Assembly (NCBI GenBank): GCA_038890615.1 | Contig: JAWAFI010000002.1 | Coordinates: 1-64,000 of the forward strand | Direction: 5' to 3' | Length of the DNA stretch: 64,000 nucleotides | Source of the DNA: Candidatus Anstonellales archaeon | GTDB taxonomy: Archaea; Micrarchaeota; Micrarchaeia; Anstonellales; J096 | Part shown: in pieces, positions 25,241 through 34,905 of the stretch | How positions within the stretch are numbered: the first letter of the stretch is position 1 | Layout of the letters: each line of letters starts with the position of its first letter | The notes under the pieces: model-generated | Databases searched by the model: none | What the model was told of the DNA's origin: nothing | Seen by the model: only the letters and a program-made list of their open reading frames with translations | Position numbers and translations under genes: made by a program

Positions 25241-27490
25241 TTAAAGTTCCTCTATTTCAGTAGGCGCATCCTTGTCCTTGTCCCTGCTTAACTTAAGGTA
25301 CTTTCCTGTGTCTGCGGAGATGAGATTTTCATCGTGTGTTATTATGAAAGATTGTTCAACTAATTCAGGGAGCCTGTGCTGAATCAATTCTGAAAGGGCG
25401 AGCACAGAGTCCCTATCTAGGTTGTGGGTCGGCTCATCCAATATTAGGATGTTTATGTCTGGAAGAATGACGGAAGCTAGCGCAATCCTAAAAGCAAGCG
25501 CAAGTGCAGTCCTTTCCCCGCCGCTCATCAACCTATCTATGTCATGCCATTCACTTTCATAAAGCACCTCAAATTCATACCCCCTATCGCTTATCCCTAT
25601 GCGCACCGCCTCATAGTTGCTATATGGGTAGATTACACGCCATATATGGGATATGGCAGTGTTCAGGGCGTCTATCACAGCCATGCGCATTTCTGCCTGG
25701 CTTTCTTCCACAACTGCCTTAAGTATTTCAAGCTGGCTTATGGCATGGGCAAGCTTGCTAATCCTGAATTCTAACTCTTTTGCCCTTTTGAGCTCAGAGC
25801 TTAGCTGTAAAGCTCTATCCTTAATCTCATAATACTCTCTCTTCCTTTCACTCAAGAGCACCTCTTTTTCAGAGAGGGCTTTTATATACTGCTCTATCTG
25901 CGCCCTTATATCAGCAAGCTCTTTCTCCTTCTGCTGAAGCTTGGCTTCTGCACCTTCCAACTCCTCAAGCTCCTTCTCTATTCTTTCCTTTTCCTTCTGC
26001 AACACAGGCACTTTGTCGCTTTTGCTCTTCTTTTCTTCCAACCTCCGCAGTGAGACAAGCACCTCTTCCTTCCTGCGGCTGTCAAAGGAGAGGGAGGAAA
26101 GGGCATCAAAAAGGGCTTTCTTCTCACTAGAGCGCTTTGATATTTCTTCTATCTCCTTTTCCTTCTCCTTTATATGAAGAAGCGTAACTTCAGCTCTTTC
26201 AATAAAGGAAAGCCTCGCCTTAAGCTCTCCCTTTTGCCTTATCTTAGCTTCCAATGAATCAAGTTGGGAAGCCAATCTTTCTTTTATATATGAGTGCTCC
26301 TTTATCAGCTCAGCAGCGTGCTCTTTCGTAAGGGGGCGCCTGCAAACAGGGCAATCAGATGAAGCAGAGGAAAGTATCCCTAGCGTATTTTCAGTGTCAG
26401 AAAGCTTCTGCTTCAGCTGGGCAAAAAGCGCCTCTGCCTCCTCAACATCCTTGAGCATTGCAATAATATCCTTCTTTTTAGAGCATTCCTCTTCTAACCT
26501 TTTCTTCCCACCTATTTCCTTGGCAAGTGCTTCTTTTCTGCGCTCAAGCTGCTCTATCTCCGCAATTGATTTGCTAAGATTATCCTTCTTTCTGCTGTAT
26601 TCTGCCTCTTCCCTTTCAAGCTCCCTCTTCTGCTCTTGGAGAGAAAGAAGCAACTTCATATCCTCTTCATCAAAAGATGAATCTGATATATCCTTTTCTA
26701 CCACTTCAAGCCGTGCTCGAAGCTGATATGCCCTCTTTATAGAAGCCCTTAAGGAAGCTAATGCAGTAGATACTGAGACGTCTGAATTGCGGGCTGAAGA
26801 AACAAGATTACGGAGTTCCTTAGCCTCTCCTTCAATCTGGCAAATCATGGCATTTATCTCTTCCTCTTTCTTTGATAGAAAGGATAGCTCTTCCTCCTTC
26901 TTTTTGACCTCTTCTGGTCTGAAAGAATCGCGGAGGCCTGAAAGCTCTGAGTTAAGCTGCTTAAGGGCATCAGAGATATTTGCCCTTGCCTCTTCAAACC
27001 TTTCAAAGCCAAGCAGGGAATCTATCTGCTCTTTGCGCTTTGATGGCACTGCATCAAGAAGAAGGGGGAGGTTGTTCTGCTCGGAATAAACAGCTCTGGT
27101 AAAATTGAAATAATCTGTTGAGAGTGCTTCTGAAATGTATGCTGAAACTCGCTCTACGCCTTTCTCTATCAATCTTCCATTCACGAACAACGAAGCAAAA
27201 TGCTTTCCGTCACCTGAAACAGAGCGGATCACCCTGAAGGATGAGCCCTTGTGGGTGAAGGTAAGCTCAAGCTCTGCTTTCTCCTGCCCCTTTCTCACCA
27301 CATCTGCAAGCTTTACCTTTTTTCTCTCAAGCATTGGAAAGTTTCCAAATAGGGAAAAGCATATTGCGTCTACTATTGAGCTCTTCCCAGTTCCCATGCC
27401 CCCTATGATTAGGTTGCTCCCCTTTGAGAAGGAAATTGAGCTCTTGTGGTGGGAGCGCCAGTTTGAAAGTCTCAAGCTCTGCAGAAGCAT
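25241..27490 (-). CDS. rad50: Rad50/SbcC ATPase
   Basis: Walker A GGMGTGKSS, long coiled coil with central CPVC zinc hook, signature MSGGE, Walker B LDEPT, ITH. Confidence 0.92.
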   Translation of the reverse strand: MLLQSLRLSNWRSHHKSSISFSKGSNLIIGGMGTGKSSIVDAICFSLFGNFPMLERKKVKLADVVRKGQEKAELELTFTHKGSSFRVIRSVSGDGKHFASLFVNGRLIEKGVERVSAYISEALSTDYFNFTRAVYSEQNNLPLLLDAVPSKRKEQIDSLLGFERFEEARANISDALKQLNSELSGLRDSFRPEEVKKKEEELSFLSKKEEEINAMICQIEGEAKELRNLVSSARNSDVSVSTALASLRASIKRAYQLRARLEVVEKDISDSSFDEEDMKLLLSLQEQKRELEREEAEYSRKKDNLSKSIAEIEQLERRKEALAKEIGGKKRLEEECSKKKDIIAMLKDVEEAEALFAQLKQKLSDTENTLGILSSASSDCPVCRRPLTKEHAAELIKEHSYIKERLASQLDSLEAKIRQKGELKARLSFIERAEVTLLHIKEKEKEIEEISKRSSEKKALFDALSSLSFDSRRKEEVLVSLRRLEEKKSKSDKVPVLQKEKERIEKELEELEGAEAKLQQKEKELADIRAQIEQYIKALSEKEVLLSERKREYYEIKDRALQLSSELKRAKELEFRISKLAHAISQLEILKAVVEESQAEMRMAVIDALNTAISHIWRVIYPYSNYEAVRIGISDRGYEFEVLYESEWHDIDRLMSGGERTALALAFRIALASVILPDINILILDEPTHNLDRDSVLALSELIQHRLPELVEQSFIITHDENLISADTGKYLKLSRDKDKDAPTEIEEL

Positions 27491-27558
27491 GAGAGATTCA
27501 GGATAAGGAATTTTAAATATGTTTGCGAGCTTATCCTATTATTTAGCAAAAGAAGCTG

Positions 27559-28170
27559 CTACCTCCCAAGCAGGATGTAGTAATCAGACACTATTTTGAA
27601 TGTTGTCAGGAATGACATAACAACTGTACCTAAGGAATTAGCTGCACCACCTATGCCAACTAGAATAAACAATCCTATTCCGTTGTATATTAGTTCAGAA
27701 AAGAAGAAATATACTAGCGTGAATAAGTCAAAGCCTTTTGGAATGAATGATTTGAAAAATGGCTCTCCGGCTATTATGCGGTAATATCCAATTACCATAG
27801 TCAAGAAAGAGAGTGCAAGGAGAAGCGCAAATAGCGGGATGAATAGCGGAAAGAACATGTATAAAGCAAAGAGAATCGCTGCAGAGAGAAAGAAAAGGGC
27901 ATATGCGCCTATAACCTTTGCAGTGTAAAGCAGCAGCTCGTTAAATGTTGTGGTTGTGCCAGTGTATATCATATGAATGCTTTTTGCCACTGAAGTGCGC
28001 ACGAAAATATGGCATATTAGAAAAATAATGGTTAGCACTTGGGAAAAAATAGAAAAAACATCCTGCGCAAAAAGCAGAAAAACCAAAATTGAAAGAAGGT
28101 TGAAAGCTGCAAAAAGCAGGGAGAGTGCTAGGAGCTTCTTAAAATTCTTTTTCAGCACTTCAAAAAACAT
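27559..28170 (-). CDS. hypothetical polytopic membrane protein
   Basis: Multiple hydrophobic segments; divergent from tRNA-Pro. Confidence 0.65.
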   Translation of the reverse strand: MFFEVLKKNFKKLLALSLLFAAFNLLSILVFLLFAQDVFSIFSQVLTIIFLICHIFVRTSVAKSIHMIYTGTTTTFNELLLYTAKVIGAYALFFLSAAILFALYMFFPLFIPLFALLLALSFLTMVIGYYRIIAGEPFFKSFIPKGFDLFTLVYFFFSELIYNGIGLFILVGIGGAANSLGTVVMSFLTTFKIVSDYYILLGR

Positions 28171-28221
28171 ATAGATGCAAGGGAAAGGTATTTAAAAAGA
28201 TTTTCCAAGGTATTAGATATC

Positions 28222-28294
28222 GGGGAAGTGGGCCAACCTGGTATGCTGCCAGCTTTGGGAGCTGGTGATTCGAGTTCAAATCTCGGCTTCCCCA
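28222..28294 (+). tRNA. tRNA-Pro (TGG)
   Basis: Acceptor GGGGAAG/CTTCCCC+A, anticodon arm CCAGC-TTTGGGA-GCTGG, T-arm TCGAG-TTCAAAT-CTCGG; no encoded CCA. Confidence 0.95.
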
Positions 28295-28295
28295 T

Positions 28296-29015
28296 ATGGA
28301 CGACGAGCTTATAATTAGGGATGGGAATAGGGGATTAGGGGTAAGGTTCAACCTTGAAGGCAAAGCAGAGCAGGAGTTCTGCTATGCTATGGCCTATGCA
28401 ATACCTGTGTTTGGAAGCATGGCATTTGATTTTTCAGGAATTGAGAATAAAGGGGCAAAGAGTGCTGAGGGCCTTTTAGAACTCCTTAAGTCAAAGCCAT
28501 CCAACCCATTGCTTAAGGAAGTGCAGGAAACTGCTTACATATGGAATACCTTGGAAGCAATGGGCATACGCCATCTTCCAAAGCCAGAAGATTATGGATT
28601 CGTTCAGCACGAGAAGGTGGAGGCAAAGGATGAGATAGGGCTAATCGTGAAGTATAAAGGGTGGATAAGCGTCAAAAAAGTTGGAACAGAGGCAGAAGAC
28701 TGGGAAAGGGCATTCCTTGCTGCTGGCATAGTTGAAAGCATAGTCAGGAAGCTTTGGGAGGCGTCTGGTTTTAAAGAGGCAGAAGTAGGGAGGAAAGATA
28801 AGAAAGCTCTTGCAAAGGCAATAGAAGAGGCAAAAGGCAAAGAAGGGCTTGCAGGGGCATACGAAACTTACAAAGCCGTTAGGGAGGCAGGCTACAGCGC
28901 TTATGCCCTTGAGGATTTTTATTTCAAATACCTATACAAAGAGCACCCTGAAATAAAGGATATACTCAGTAGGAAGAAGAGGGCCAAGAAGAAGGCGCTC
29001 AAGATGGTTGAATGA
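28296..29015 (+). CDS. hypothetical protein, DUF2666-like
   Basis: DEIGLIVKYKGWISVKKV...E..E.AFL resembles DUF2666 as recalled; basic C-terminal tail. Confidence 0.6.
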   Translation: MDDELIIRDGNRGLGVRFNLEGKAEQEFCYAMAYAIPVFGSMAFDFSGIENKGAKSAEGLLELLKSKPSNPLLKEVQETAYIWNTLEAMGIRHLPKPEDYGFVQHEKVEAKDEIGLIVKYKGWISVKKVGTEAEDWERAFLAAGIVESIVRKLWEASGFKEAEVGRKDKKALAKAIEEAKGKEGLAGAYETYKAVREAGYSAYALEDFYFKYLYKEHPEIKDILSRKKRAKKKALKMVE

Positions 29016-30265
29016 GGGCAACTTTTTACGGCGGCGCGGGAGAGATAGGAAGAAGCTGCATACAGGCAGGTGATATGCTGCTAGATGCAGGGATAAAGCT
29101 TGGAAAGGCAAACGAATTCCCAGCAATAGGGACATTGGATGGAATAAGCAAAATAATAGTGACCCATGCTCATTTAGACCACTGCGGCTACTTGGCACAC
29201 CTAAGCAATGAGATTGCGGAAAAGGATATAATAACCACCCCTCCAACAAAAGATCTTATGGGGCTATTGCTGTCAGATTACGCCTCATTAGCAGAAGACA
29301 TAGGCCCAGGCGCAGTTGAGGCTGTAATGAGAGCTACTAAAACAATAAATTTCCACAAGATAATAAGGAATGATGGCAGGATAAGGCTGCACAGGGCAGG
29401 CCACATACTTGGTGCTGCGATGGTTGAGATAAACAATGGTGGAAAAACAATAATTTACACCGGGGACATGAACAACAGAGGAGGCAAGACAATAGCAGGC
29501 TGTGAAAGGATAAGAAAGGCAGACACGCTGATAATAGAAGGAACGTATTGTTTAGAAGACAGGAAGCCAATTAAGGCAGTTTCAGGCGAATTTGAGAGGA
29601 AAATAAGGGAAGTCATTGGAAGAGGGGGCACAATACTGATACCTGTTTTTGCAGTTGGAAGGGGGGAGGAAATACTTTTGACACTTCATGATATGGCGAA
29701 AAGAGGCACTCTGAAAGCTAAAATATATGTTGATGGTATGGTCAAGAAAGCTTACAATGTTTACAGGCAAAACATACTTTATGCCAGGAAATCGCTGATT
29801 TCAAGGATACTCCTTAGCGATGATGACCCTTTCAAGAGCCCCTATTTCATTATACCCAAAACCATGGACAAGAGCGATGTTGAAGGTGGTGTCATAGTCA
29901 CAACCTCTGGAATGCTTACAGGAGGGCCAATTGTACAATACCTCAAAAGATTTGGAGGTGATGAAAACAACGCAGTGGTGCTCACTGGTTACCAGGCAGA
30001 AGGCACTCCTGGAAGGCAACTGCTTGATGGAATGAAAAAGGTGGAAATAGGGGGGGAGAATATTGAGGTAAGGGCGCAGGTCTGGCAGGCAGACTTCTCG
30101 GGGCATGCAGACAGGAATGGCCTAATATCCTTTGTGAAAGGAATAAAGGGGCTGAAAAAGATAGTGCTTGTGCATGGGGAAAGGGGCAAAATGGAGAAAT
30201 TTGCAGAAGAGTTAAAGGAATACGAAGTTGAGATACCTCAGCAGTTTGATGAGGTTGACTTGTAG
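29012..30265 (+). CDS. beta-CASP metallo-beta-lactamase ribonuclease (aCPSF-like, no KH domains)
   Basis: GGAGEIGRSC, HAHLDH, AGHILG, YTGD, EGTY, PVFAVGR, GYQAEGT, FSGHAD, VHGE. Confidence 0.92.
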   Translation: MRATFYGGAGEIGRSCIQAGDMLLDAGIKLGKANEFPAIGTLDGISKIIVTHAHLDHCGYLAHLSNEIAEKDIITTPPTKDLMGLLLSDYASLAEDIGPGAVEAVMRATKTINFHKIIRNDGRIRLHRAGHILGAAMVEINNGGKTIIYTGDMNNRGGKTIAGCERIRKADTLIIEGTYCLEDRKPIKAVSGEFERKIREVIGRGGTILIPVFAVGRGEEILLTLHDMAKRGTLKAKIYVDGMVKKAYNVYRQNILYARKSLISRILLSDDDPFKSPYFIIPKTMDKSDVEGGVIVTTSGMLTGGPIVQYLKRFGGDENNAVVLTGYQAEGTPGRQLLDGMKKVEIGGENIEVRAQVWQADFSGHADRNGLISFVKGIKGLKKIVLVHGERGKMEKFAEELKEYEVEIPQQFDEVDL

Positions 30266-30819
30266 GAGCTCCCGTTCTTTTCAACTATCACGCAGATGGA
30301 AGAGTCGCCCTTCCTAGATGTCCATGTTACATACCACTTTCCATCCCTAAATATAACCTCTGGCATTGCTTGGTAAGAATCTATGTAAGATGAGATCTCA
30401 GCAGTTGGGTAAAGCTTGTGGGATGCTATTATTGCCTCCTCTGGGAAAAGTATGCTGCAATGCTCTGCTATGCAAAGCTGGCACCTTTCAGTTATCACTT
30501 CTGGGGGCTGGGGCACAAAGTTCTGCTCAGGGTAATTGTAGTATAGGTGAATCCTTGAAGGGCATTTTGTCTGCAAACCCCAGCTAACCCTGACCTTAAC
30601 CTCATAATAATCCCCTTTTGAACTGTATTTCTTGTCCATAGAAACGACTTCTATTACCTCAGCCTGAGGGTATTTCACTGCAGCGTCTTCTATAACATAG
30701 TTCCTTATGTCCTCCTCCACTACATAATCAGGAAGGAATGGCTTTATCAGCAATATCGTTAAAGCCATAATCAGAAGAAGCAAAGCAATGTGCTCTATCC
30801 TTATTTTTTCCCTTTTCAT
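30238..30819 (-). CDS. membrane-anchored exported protein with several Cys
   Basis: N-terminal TM helix, soluble domain with six Cys. Confidence 0.7.
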   Translation of the reverse strand: MKREKIRIEHIALLLLIMALTILLIKPFLPDYVVEEDIRNYVIEDAAVKYPQAEVIEVVSMDKKYSSKGDYYEVKVRVSWGLQTKCPSRIHLYYNYPEQNFVPQPPEVITERCQLCIAEHCSILFPEEAIIASHKLYPTAEISSYIDSYQAMPEVIFRDGKWYVTWTSRKGDSSICVIVEKNGSSYKSTSSNC

Positions 30820-32321
30820 TTCTTCATGCTCTTGAGTTTTTGTGATTTCCTGAAAATAGTGACTTTAGATTTTTCAATCTCCTTGCTAAGGTCCGCAGGC
30901 TTTCCAGAAGCTAAGTCCTTTGCCTTTGTGAGAAGTTCTTTCAAGTAAGCCTGCAACTCTTCTACTTGGCTCTCAATAAGCTTTTCTTTCTGCACCATCT
31001 CTTCGCCCTTCTCTACATATTCCTTCATTAAGGCATTTAGGTTCTGCTCATAAAGGTAGACCGTGCTCTTTTCCTTTCCAGAAACCACATTCTCTACTAC
31101 TTCCTGCGTTTCGGCAACATCCTTCTCAATCTCAGCGATAAGGTTCTCATAATCATTGTAATAGTTTAGCACTTCCTTTTCAAGCTGCTTTGTATTCTCG
31201 ATCTGCTTTAGGATGTCATCAAGGTTTTCCTTCCTTCTCCTTGTACTCTCCCTAAGCATGTCTATCCTATCGCTTAGCTCCAGCCTGACTTTTGCCATTG
31301 AGGATACCGCCCTGTCTGCCTCTTCAGCCCTTGCCTGCACTTCTGAAACAGTCGAGCGTATTGAATCTACCTTTGCCCTAAGCTCTTTCTCCTTTTCCAT
31401 AAGGTTCTTGTACTCTTTTTCTACTGTTTCAATAAGCTTCTCCTCGTCCCTCATTGCGTCATTTATGCTCTTTTTCTGGTCATTCACTTCCTTCATAAGT
31501 TCAGCAACTTCTTTTTTAACAGAATCAAGAAGCTCCTTTATAAGCCCCATCTCATGCTGGGCTTTTTTCTCTATTTTCTCCACAAGGCTTGCGTACTTAG
31601 CAACCTTCTCGTATTTCTCAGGAAGGGACGCCACTCTGTCCTGCAAAGAAAGGATCAGCTGCTCTTTTTCCATCACCTTCTCTGCTATCTTGTCTGCCTT
31701 TGCTTGGGTAAGCGCTTGAAGCTCTGCAAACTCATCAGTATAAAGCTTTTCCTTCTTCTCCTTTAGTTTAGAAAGCTCCCCTTTTACCCTGTTTATCTCA
31801 TCCAAATATTCCCTGAGGGAAGTAAGAGCCTTTTTCTTTTTGTCCTTGATTTCATCCTTCTGTTTTTGAACATCTTCCTCTTTCGGCTGCTCAGCCCATT
31901 CTGGCTCCTCTGGCTGGGCCTCTGCCTTCCTCACAACCATCTGCTTCTTCTCAGCAGGAGGCTTGGTTGTGCCTAGCTTTATGACTTTCACTTCTTCTGG
32001 CTTCTTCTTTTCGGCTTTCTTTGGCTTCTTCTTTTCGGCTTTCTTTGGCTTCTCGGCTTTCTTTGGCTTCTCCTTCTGCGGTTTCGCGGCCTCAACCGGC
32101 GGCTTCTTTGCCTCAACAGCTTTCCTTTCATGGCCAAGCCACTCAACATATGTCTTTGTAAGGGTGTAGTAGATGCGCACATAACCTTCTGCCTCAAGAA
32201 CCTTTATCCAATACTTCACTTCATCAAATCCCCTGTTCAGCTCATTTGCTATTTCAGAAAGCTCCAGCTTCTTCTTTTTGGATATTAATTCTATGAGCCT
32301 GTCTACATCTGTGGTTATCAT
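30816..32321 (-). CDS. winged-HTH plus Lys/Ala/Pro-rich linker plus long coiled-coil protein
   Basis: N-terminal LSEIANEL...VKYWIKVLEAEGYVRIYY; KPKKAE repeats; ~340 aa heptad-rich C-terminus. Confidence 0.75.
   Translation of the reverse strand: MITTDVDRLIELISKKKKLELSEIANELNRGFDEVKYWIKVLEAEGYVRIYYTLTKTYVEWLGHERKAVEAKKPPVEAAKPQKEKPKKAEKPKKAEKKKPKKAEKKKPEEVKVIKLGTTKPPAEKKQMVVRKAEAQPEEPEWAEQPKEEDVQKQKDEIKDKKKKALTSLREYLDEINRVKGELSKLKEKKEKLYTDEFAELQALTQAKADKIAEKVMEKEQLILSLQDRVASLPEKYEKVAKYASLVEKIEKKAQHEMGLIKELLDSVKKEVAELMKEVNDQKKSINDAMRDEEKLIETVEKEYKNLMEKEKELRAKVDSIRSTVSEVQARAEEADRAVSSMAKVRLELSDRIDMLRESTRRRKENLDDILKQIENTKQLEKEVLNYYNDYENLIAEIEKDVAETQEVVENVVSGKEKSTVYLYEQNLNALMKEYVEKGEEMVQKEKLIESQVEELQAYLKELLTKAKDLASGKPADLSKEIEKSKVTIFRKSQKLKSMKK
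31998..32071. repeat. in-frame tandem repeat (24+24+18 nt) encoding KPKKAE(KK)
   Basis: TGGCTTCTTCTTTTCGGCTTTCTT at 31998 and 32022, TGGCTTCTCGGCTTTCTT at 32046, partial at 32064. Confidence 0.9.
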
Positions 32322-32848
32322 GCTGCCACCCTACTTGAAACCTTTATTTTATAAGCGCCCGACATCTTCTTTGGTGCCTTAAGCAATGACTCCCTTACCT
32401 TGCTTTCGTACTGCTTGTATGTTGAAACGACAAAAACAGGCCTTCCCTTGTATATCCTTGCAGCCCTGCTAGTAGGCTTCCCGAACGATCTCCTCATCCC
32501 CTGCTGAATCCTGTCTGCTCCTGCGGTAGCAACCATCCTGTTTTCCCTTATAACATGATGTGGGTACTGCATCACAATGAAGTAATAGTTCCCAGGAGCG
32601 GCCTTTTCAAGATATCGGTTAACTGCTTGCCTTGCGCTTTCCAAAGAGTTGTCCCTTACTATAACATCCTTTTGAGCAACCAGCTCAAGTGTCAAATCAT
32701 AATCTTCCTTCTTTGTCCCCATAACAAACTGGTTGAGGTGCCTATGGGGAAGCGACTTTATGTAAGACTTCCTTGGCTTGCTTTTTGAAAACCTAGTCCA
32801 AGCTACTTTGTCCATATCCCTTACGCAGCTAGCAGGTCTTAAAGCCAT
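32318..32848 (-). CDS. rpl10e: 50S ribosomal protein uL16 (L10e)
   Basis: MALRPASC, LESARQAVNRYL, YPHHVIRENR, GADRIQQGMRRSFGKP. Confidence 0.96.
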   Translation of the reverse strand: MALRPASCVRDMDKVAWTRFSKSKPRKSYIKSLPHRHLNQFVMGTKKEDYDLTLELVAQKDVIVRDNSLESARQAVNRYLEKAAPGNYYFIVMQYPHHVIRENRMVATAGADRIQQGMRRSFGKPTSRAARIYKGRPVFVVSTYKQYESKVRESLLKAPKKMSGAYKIKVSSRVAA

Positions 32849-32976
32849 AAGAACACCTTTTATTATAAAATACGAGGGGTTTTAAAAAGCTTCTTTTTAA
32901 GGATAACCTATGAGAGAGAAAAAGTATGAAAGAATTTTCAAATTAGATAAGAAAAGGCAAATAAAAATATGAAGTT

Positions 32977-33486
32977 TTATTCAACTTTTTTGCGAAAATT
33001 GGCAAAGGCATTCTCAATGGAGGAGCGGAAGGGGTGGTTTTCGTTAACCTTCAGGAATGAAAGCAGCAGTAAGAGCTCTGCCTTCTCCTTCCCAAGCCCC
33101 CTGCTCATAAGGTAGTTTAGCGCCTGCTGGTCAATATTGTAAATATAGGCCTTGTGGCTTGCACTTGCCTGACCGCCTTTGATTTCAATAGAAGGCGAAA
33201 AGGAAACCATGCCTCCTGCAAGGAATGCTGCCTGCTCTATTGAAAGTGAAGATCCTTTGGAGCCCTTCCCAATCCTTCCTATAGCCAAGAGGTCTGCATT
33301 AGCAAATGAAACCCCACGCATGGAAACAGATGCAGATGAGTTTTCAAGTAGCGAAAGGTCAACGCTTATTTTTATCCCTTTCAAGCCAAGGAAAATTACT
33401 TCCAAGCCATATTCACCCTTTACCTCCCCTTCAATAGAAATGCTTTCTGTTGCATAAATGGTTTGGTTCCCTGAAAGCGCAGTCAT
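32977..33486 (-). CDS. sufD: short SufD-like protein
   Basis: PSIEI, ASHKA, YLMSRGL; downstream of sufB with ATGA overlap. Confidence 0.8.
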   Translation of the reverse strand: MTALSGNQTIYATESISIEGEVKGEYGLEVIFLGLKGIKISVDLSLLENSSASVSMRGVSFANADLLAIGRIGKGSKGSSLSIEQAAFLAGGMVSFSPSIEIKGGQASASHKAYIYNIDQQALNYLMSRGLGKEKAELLLLLSFLKVNENHPFRSSIENAFANFRKKVE

Positions 33487-34814
33487 GGTTCCCCCCCTAT
33501 ATCTGTTTGCAAAAGCCTGTTGAACTCTATTGCATACTCAAAAGGAAGCTCAGCTATGAAATCGTCTGCAAAGCCCAGTACCAGCAGCTTCTGGGCTGCT
33601 CCCCTGCCAAGCCCCCTGCTCATAAGGTAGTGAATCTTTTCTTCCTCAATAGCTCCTATTGTTGCTTCGTGCCTAAGTTCAATGTTCCCGCCTACTGCTA
33701 TCTTTGGGTAGGTGGCAGCTGATGATTCAGGGCAAACCAAAAGGGACGAGCAGTTTACAATGCATTTGCTCCTTGCTGCGCTTTCTGAAGAGGTTATCAG
33801 GGCTCTGTAGTTTGCGCACCCATTCCCCTGCGAAATGCTTTTAGAGACAACTTCAGAAGAAGTATCTTCTCCTATATGGGATATTTTCGCCCCCGTGTCA
33901 ATGCACTGCCCTTCGCCAGCGTATGCAATTGAAAGAAGCCTACCAGAAGACCTTTTCCCCTGAAGCACTATTGAAGGGTATTTCATAGTTACCTTGCTGC
34001 CTATGTTGCCATCTATCCAATCTATCTGCGCACCGTCGTAAGCAATGGCTTTCTTAGTAACAAGGTTGTAAACATTCTTGGCCCAGTTCTGCACTGTAAT
34101 ATACTTCACCTTTGCATCCTGCTTTGCTATTATCTCAACGACCCCTGAATGCAAGGAATAAGTTGGATAGGCTGGTGCAGTGCATCCTTCTATGTAAGTT
34201 AGTGAAGAGCCGCTTTCTGCGACTATCAGTGTGCGCTCAAACTGGCCTAGGCCCATAGTGCTTATGCAGAAGTACGCCTGAAGAGGCATATTGACTTCCA
34301 CCCCTTTTGGCACATAGACAAAGGCGCCGCCGCTCCACATCGCTGTATTAAGTGCTGCAAACTTGTTGCTTGAAGGAGGTATCAGGGTGCCAAAATACTT
34401 TCTCACAATATCAGGATGTTCTTTCAGCGCAGTGTCCATGTCTGTAAGTATTACTCCTTGCTTTTCCCACTCCTTCTTTATGCTGTCGTAGATAACAGTT
34501 GAATCATACTGCGCTTCAACCCCTGCAAGAAATTTCCGCTCTGCTTCAGGTATTCCAAGCTTTTCAAACGATTCCTTAATCTCATCAGGCACCTCGCTCC
34601 ACTCCCTACCTTTCCCATCAAATAAAGAAGAAAAATAAGTAAGCTTGCTGAAATCTATGCCTTCAAGGGAAGGGCCCCACTTTGGAAGCTGGGCTGAACA
34701 GAAAATTTCATAGGCGTGGAGCCTTTTTTCCCTCATCCATGCTGGCTCCCCCTTTAGAGAGGACAGCTCTGCAACTTTTTCCCTGTCAATTCCAGAAGCA
34801 AATTTGGTAGGCAC
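33483..34814 (-). CDS. sufB: Fe-S cluster assembly protein SufB
   Basis: LGIPEAERKFLAG, WSGG, GQFERTL, YIEGCTAP, LHSGVVE, GSKVTMKYPS, HEAT(I), YLMSRG; GTG start. Confidence 0.96.
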   Translation of the reverse strand: MPTKFASGIDREKVAELSSLKGEPAWMREKRLHAYEIFCSAQLPKWGPSLEGIDFSKLTYFSSLFDGKGREWSEVPDEIKESFEKLGIPEAERKFLAGVEAQYDSTVIYDSIKKEWEKQGVILTDMDTALKEHPDIVRKYFGTLIPPSSNKFAALNTAMWSGGAFVYVPKGVEVNMPLQAYFCISTMGLGQFERTLIVAESGSSLTYIEGCTAPAYPTYSLHSGVVEIIAKQDAKVKYITVQNWAKNVYNLVTKKAIAYDGAQIDWIDGNIGSKVTMKYPSIVLQGKRSSGRLLSIAYAGEGQCIDTGAKISHIGEDTSSEVVSKSISQGNGCANYRALITSSESAARSKCIVNCSSLLVCPESSAATYPKIAVGGNIELRHEATIGAIEEEKIHYLMSRGLGRGAAQKLLVLGFADDFIAELPFEYAIEFNRLLQTDIGGEP

Positions 34815-34905
34815 AACCGCTCTTCTACTTAAAGGTTTAAAAAAGAGCAGATTAAATTTTGCACAAAATAGTTAAATATTTAAATACTCTTATTTAACCA
34901 TTAGC

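Noticed and set aside
25241..27490. SMC condensin
   Set aside because: Central CPVC zinc hook and 749-aa length fit Rad50, with no hinge domain
28160..28363. 67-aa minus-strand ORF
   Set aside because: Runs antisense through tRNA-Pro
31998..32071. Tandem repeat as CRISPR or non-coding repeat
   Set aside because: No spacers; in-frame within a CDS
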